Origin: an uncultured Deferribacteres bacterium
GTDB taxonomy: Bacteria; Zhuqueibacterota; Zhuqueibacteria; Zhuqueibacterales; Geothermadaptataceae
Assembly (NCBI GenBank): GCA_964014485.1
Contig: CAXHAT010000042.1
Coordinates: forward strand, 1 to 45,817
Reading direction: 5' to 3'
Length of the DNA: 45,817 nt
Numbering within the stretch: the stretch's first letter is position 1; the number at the start of each line of letters is the position of its first letter. The notes below the pieces were generated by a model, which ran no database searches, was not told the DNA's origin, and worked only from the letters and a program-made list of their open reading frames with translations. Both the position numbers and the translations under genes were made by a program. Of this stretch, positions 42,220 through 45,817 are shown piece by piece.

Positions 42220-43991
42220 GATTCGCTCAAGATTCTTTCAAATATTTTTAGGGGTTCCGTAAAATTCCGCCTGACGAACGATTTGTCTAAATTTTTGAGC
42301 GTACCGAAATGCCCGGCCGCCCGGTGCATCCAATAGACGATGATGAGCGGGCCGAGAAAGGACTTGTCCAGCTTGAAGCTTTCCTCGTACATGTTCACGA
42401 TCGAAGGAAAATATTCCGGGATTAATTTTTTCTCGAAGATCATCGTGTGAAGCAATTTCACCGGGGACTTTGAATAGGAAATTCTATGAGAACGCACAAA
42501 ATAGTGCATGACGTCGAGAATCGGGAAGGCCATCTCGCGGGCCATGTCCCAATCGATGACGCCTTTAAGCGTCAGAGTCGGTTCGTCAAAAATGATGTTC
42601 TTGTCTGAGAAATCGCCGTGGATGATGGAGAGGTTAAAGGCTTGATTGAGAAAACGCTCTTTGAGATATTCTTCAATTCTCTCACGCATCGTTTCATGCT
42701 CGCCTTCAAAGCCGAGAAAATCAAAAGCGTCTTTCAGGGGTTCCGAGATAAATTTATCAAAAGTCGGTTCGTCGAAGAAGTAGCTGCGCGATAATGATTC
42801 TTGCACGCTGCTCCAAAACGAAAAAATTTCATGCGCGAGACGATCATTTTCCGATTTTGGCGCTTTGAGAATATCGCCGGATTTGCCGCTGAGTATGCCT
42901 TCGACAAAGTAGGCCTGATTTTCAAAACTGCCTTCCGCCAACGGCTCCGGAAAAAAGCCGCGCCGACTGTAACCGACATGCTCGGTTGTGGCGAGCATTT
43001 TGAGCAGGCGATAGTTCTTCGCCATTTTGATCGTTGTCGTCGCGTTTAAGGGCAGTTTTAACAAAGCGTTGCGCGTATCGCCGCGCTGATCAAACTTTGC
43101 GAAAACCAACACCTTCCCGCCCGGCGAAATCATATATTTCGAGACTTTGCCGTCCATCAAATCGGTGCGCGGCAAATGGTGCAGCAGGCGCTGCAGAAAA
43201 CTCATGCCCGCCGAACCTCGCGAAGCCCCGATAACAACGTCTTCCGAAACAAATTTGCGCCAGGTGGGGCCGAGATGGCCGTTGACGGCTTGATTACGCG
43301 GGCCGGTCAAAGTCCGCACCACTTCCGCGTTAATGACGGTGGGGGCGACGGCAATTTGTGAAAACGGCTTGCAATCGATGGTCTCCAGATAACTCTTCGC
43401 CTGCTTCGACAACATTGGCTGCTTTTCGCCAAATTGAAATCGTACGCCTTCCAAAGCGTTGCGGCGTTTGCGATCATGAGGAGATTTGGTTTTCCACCAA
43501 AGCGTTTTGGCCGCACGCTTGGCAAAAGAGACGCTGCGTTCGTTGGTGGTCACCATCCAAACTTCCGATTTTCTCCCAATGAGCCTGGACACGTCGTGTT
43601 TGCTGGGAAAGGCGGGGGCGTCGCCCAGGTTTGTGGTTGTGAAAATGATGACGTCAAATTGCGTGGCGAGATTGGAAACGTCTTCAACGCAGGTGTAGTT
43701 GCTAATCTGTTTGCTGACGGCAACGGTGCGCAAAAGCTCTTGTTCTTTTTCACGCAACCCGTGGACGATGACATGACTGCAATTGCGGGCGATGGCAAGG
43801 GGGAGGGTGGTGAAGCCGTTGGCAAAAATCAACGCCTGCCTGTCGATCCCCAATCCCATAAAAAATTTCCAGGCGGCGGTCAGTTCATACTGCACGTCGC
43901 GTATCAGGCGTTTTACCTCTTCCGGCGCGACTTTGCTCGTGTCAGGCAGAAAGTTTTCGGTAATAACGCTGGCTTCCGAAGAATACTTCAT
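42216..43991 (-). CDS. Aminoglycoside-phosphotransferase-family kinase with N-terminal methyltransferase-like domain
   Basis: LLKLP, IHGDFSDKNI and GVIDWD kinase motifs; the N-terminus has a Rossmann-like pattern ending FDVIIF. Confidence 0.75.
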   Translation of the reverse strand: MKYSSEASVITENFLPDTSKVAPEEVKRLIRDVQYELTAAWKFFMGLGIDRQALIFANGFTTLPLAIARNCSHVIVHGLREKEQELLRTVAVSKQISNYTCVEDVSNLATQFDVIIFTTTNLGDAPAFPSKHDVSRLIGRKSEVWMVTTNERSVSFAKRAAKTLWWKTKSPHDRKRRNALEGVRFQFGEKQPMLSKQAKSYLETIDCKPFSQIAVAPTVINAEVVRTLTGPRNQAVNGHLGPTWRKFVSEDVVIGASRGSAGMSFLQRLLHHLPRTDLMDGKVSKYMISPGGKVLVFAKFDQRGDTRNALLKLPLNATTTIKMAKNYRLLKMLATTEHVGYSRRGFFPEPLAEGSFENQAYFVEGILSGKSGDILKAPKSENDRLAHEIFSFWSSVQESLSRSYFFDEPTFDKFISEPLKDAFDFLGFEGEHETMRERIEEYLKERFLNQAFNLSIIHGDFSDKNIIFDEPTLTLKGVIDWDMAREMAFPILDVMHYFVRSHRISYSKSPVKLLHTMIFEKKLIPEYFPSIVNMYEESFKLDKSFLGPLIIVYWMHRAAGHFGTLKNLDKSFVRRNFTEPLKIFERILSES

Positions 43992-44177
43992 TGTTGCAAA
44001 ATCAAAGATGTAAAACCTGCGTACTTATTTGTATCTATCGCAAAAGTCCCCGGCTTGTCACTCTGAAAAGCCGATGGTCGGCGAAACAATCGGGAGCCTA
44101 AAAACTCTTTAGCGTCTTGCCGGCAATAACCGACTATCATTGCGAAGCGTCAAAGAGAAACGGCGCTTTTTACAAAT

Positions 44178-45146
44178 TCACCGCGCCCCCGCATTGTAGT
44201 ACGCTTTCATTTTCAAAATTGTACGCTCCAGGCTGATTTGGGGCAAGTAGCCAATGAGCGATTGAATTTTCTTGATGTTCGGAACGCGACGACGCATGTC
44301 TTCAAAACCTGCTTCGTAGGCGTCCTCGTAAGGGATTTTCTCAATTCGCGACGCACTCTCCGTAATCGCGATGACCCGCTCCGCCAATTGTTGTATCGAC
44401 GTCTCTTCCGTTGTGCCGATATTAAAAATTTCGCCCGGCGCTTCAGGGTGTTCCGTGAGCGAAATGAGCGCGCCGACAACGTCGCTTACATCGGTAAAAC
44501 AGCGACTTTGAGCGCCGTCGCCGAAGAGCGTTAATGGTTTTCCGGCCAGAGCCTGTTCAATAAATCGCGGCAAAACCATGCCGTATCGCCCGGATTGGCG
44601 GGGGCCTACCGTGTTAAACAGACGGACGATAATAACCGGCAGTTCTTTCTCTTTAAAATAAGCCAGAGCCAAAAATTCGTCTGCGGCTTTCGAGCACGCG
44701 TAGCTCCAACGGCTTTTTGACGTCGGCCCCAGCAGACAGTCGTCGTCTTCGCTGAACGGCGTTTTGGAATTTTTGCCGTAAACTTCGGAAGAGCTTGTAA
44801 AAAGAACTTTTTTCTTGTAGCGATTCGCCATGCGCAGCACGATTTCCGTGCCCAGAATACAGCGCTCGATCACTTCGACCGGCTTTTTGACAATCAAATC
44901 GACGCCGACCGCCGAAGCGAGGTGGAAAACGACGTCACATTCCGCGACCAGGCGATCCATCAGGGCTTCGTTCATGATCGATTCAATTACAAACGAAAAA
45001 TCGTCGCGCTCAATAAGATGTTGGAAATTTCTTTTCCTGCCGGTGGAAAGATCGTCAATAATGCTGACCGCCCAACCTTGCGCCAGAAGAGCGTCTGCCA
45101 GATGCGAGCCGATAAACCCGGCGCCGCCGGTGATGAGCGCTTTCAT
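44178..45146 (-). CDS. NAD-dependent nucleotide-sugar epimerase/dehydratase (extended SDR)
   Basis: TGGAGFIG, SSSEVYG, YACSK and RLFNTVGPRQ motifs. Confidence 0.93.
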   Translation of the reverse strand: MKALITGGAGFIGSHLADALLAQGWAVSIIDDLSTGRKRNFQHLIERDDFSFVIESIMNEALMDRLVAECDVVFHLASAVGVDLIVKKPVEVIERCILGTEIVLRMANRYKKKVLFTSSSEVYGKNSKTPFSEDDDCLLGPTSKSRWSYACSKAADEFLALAYFKEKELPVIIVRLFNTVGPRQSGRYGMVLPRFIEQALAGKPLTLFGDGAQSRCFTDVSDVVGALISLTEHPEAPGEIFNIGTTEETSIQQLAERVIAITESASRIEKIPYEDAYEAGFEDMRRRVPNIKKIQSLIGYLPQISLERTILKMKAYYNAGAR

Positions 45147-45179
45147 AAGTGTACGTGCGACATTGCCGTTCGCGCACGC

Positions 45180-45641
45180 TCAGTTCTCCTCTTCGGATTC
45201 TTCGAGTACGACCATCAAGGAGTCGGCCCAGGCGGCAACCGCTTCAATTTGCTCATCTGAAAGTTCAGCGTCGCTGTGCATGTAAAGATATTTCGGCAGC
45301 GGCATTTCCTTCGACTCGACTTTTTCGATCACGCCGTCGAGTTTGTGGATTTTCCGCTTCGTTGGGTAGGTTCCCCATTCCGAAAAATTCAAGTCGCTGC
45401 GACCGTCCAAAACGTCTACTTCAACCAGCCAGGAAACGGGCGCGATGTTCGAGTACCAGGGCCAGACCGTTTTGTTCGAGTGACAATCGTAACACGACCG
45501 TTCCAGGATCGGCGCAATGTCAGCGCGTACTTGAAGCGGGCCGTTTTCCGGCGGATTCTCTTTCTCAACCGGCACAAACTGCAAACCGATAAAAATGACC
45601 AACAGTCCCCCGACCGCATACATCAAAATCTTTTTCACCAT
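45180..45641 (-). CDS. Heme-binding domain protein (c-type, Haem_bd family)
   Basis: SCYDCHSN (CxxCH), WPWYS..AP.SW, LNFSEW and EMP...Y..MH; N-terminal TM; ATG after AAGGAAG. Confidence 0.88.
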   Translation of the reverse strand: MVKKILMYAVGGLLVIFIGLQFVPVEKENPPENGPLQVRADIAPILERSCYDCHSNKTVWPWYSNIAPVSWLVEVDVLDGRSDLNFSEWGTYPTKRKIHKLDGVIEKVESKEMPLPKYLYMHSDAELSDEQIEAVAAWADSLMVVLEESEEEN

Positions 45642-45727
45642 CCACTTCCTTTCGCAACGGGTAAAACTAAACGAATTGACGAAGTATTGATTCTCAACAC
45701 CGGAAAAGGGTTGGAATTTTAGCAAAA

Positions 45728-45817
45728 TGGAATACTGGATTGTTGGATTAATGGAATTATGATCCATCACTCCATCACTCCATCACTCCATCACTCCATC
45801 ACTCCATCACTCCATCA
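45728..45817. repeat. 8-bp-period element: TGGAnTnn units followed by (TCCATCAC)x6.9, truncated at the window end
   Basis: TGGAATAC TGGATTGT TGGATTAA TGGAATTA, then a TCCATCAC tandem at 45763-45817. Confidence 0.9.

Noticed and set aside
45642..45770. N-terminal extension of the heme-binding ORF
   Set aside because: It begins within the tandem repeat; the ATG at 45641 has an RBS and is followed directly by the signal/TM segment.

Overview
A 45.8 kb bacterial chromosomal segment with moderate GC. It is most consistent with an FCB-group organism such as KSB1, Calditrichota or Ignavibacteria; this is inferred from T9SS/FlgD-type C-terminal domains, a short RpoD, and the yggS-yggT-divIVA-PNP-ileS-dksA-lspA-rluD gene order. 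Left to right it holds: a small ccmD-like gene missed by the ORF track; two glycosyltransferases; a secreted HEXXH protein; cmoA-cmoB; a serine hydrolase; a ROK-regulated glycan-uptake locus without SusD (SGNH esterases, T9SS-tailed protein, lipoprotein, TonB-dependent receptor, GH78 rhamnosidase); DUF72, TPR and upp genes; rpoD; an M23 peptidase; an orphan NtrC-type regulator; a triple lamin-tail secreted protein; the housekeeping ileS block, whose IleRS carries a GIHH motif; DUF2911; an M28 peptidase; a PUR/DUF3276 domain in frame with a restriction-endonuclease-like domain across a single TAA; a kinase/nucleotidyltransferase/epimerase glycan-modification group; and a heme-binding protein. 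The intergenic DNA is rich in small repeat elements: three copies of a MITE-like element with a covarying GTAG hairpin, a 231-bp MITE with a 7-bp target-site duplication, several REP-like palindromes, and two 8-bp-period tandem/inverted repeat elements. No rRNA, tRNA, CRISPR array or transposase gene was seen. All calls come from reading motifs by eye; no database searches were run.
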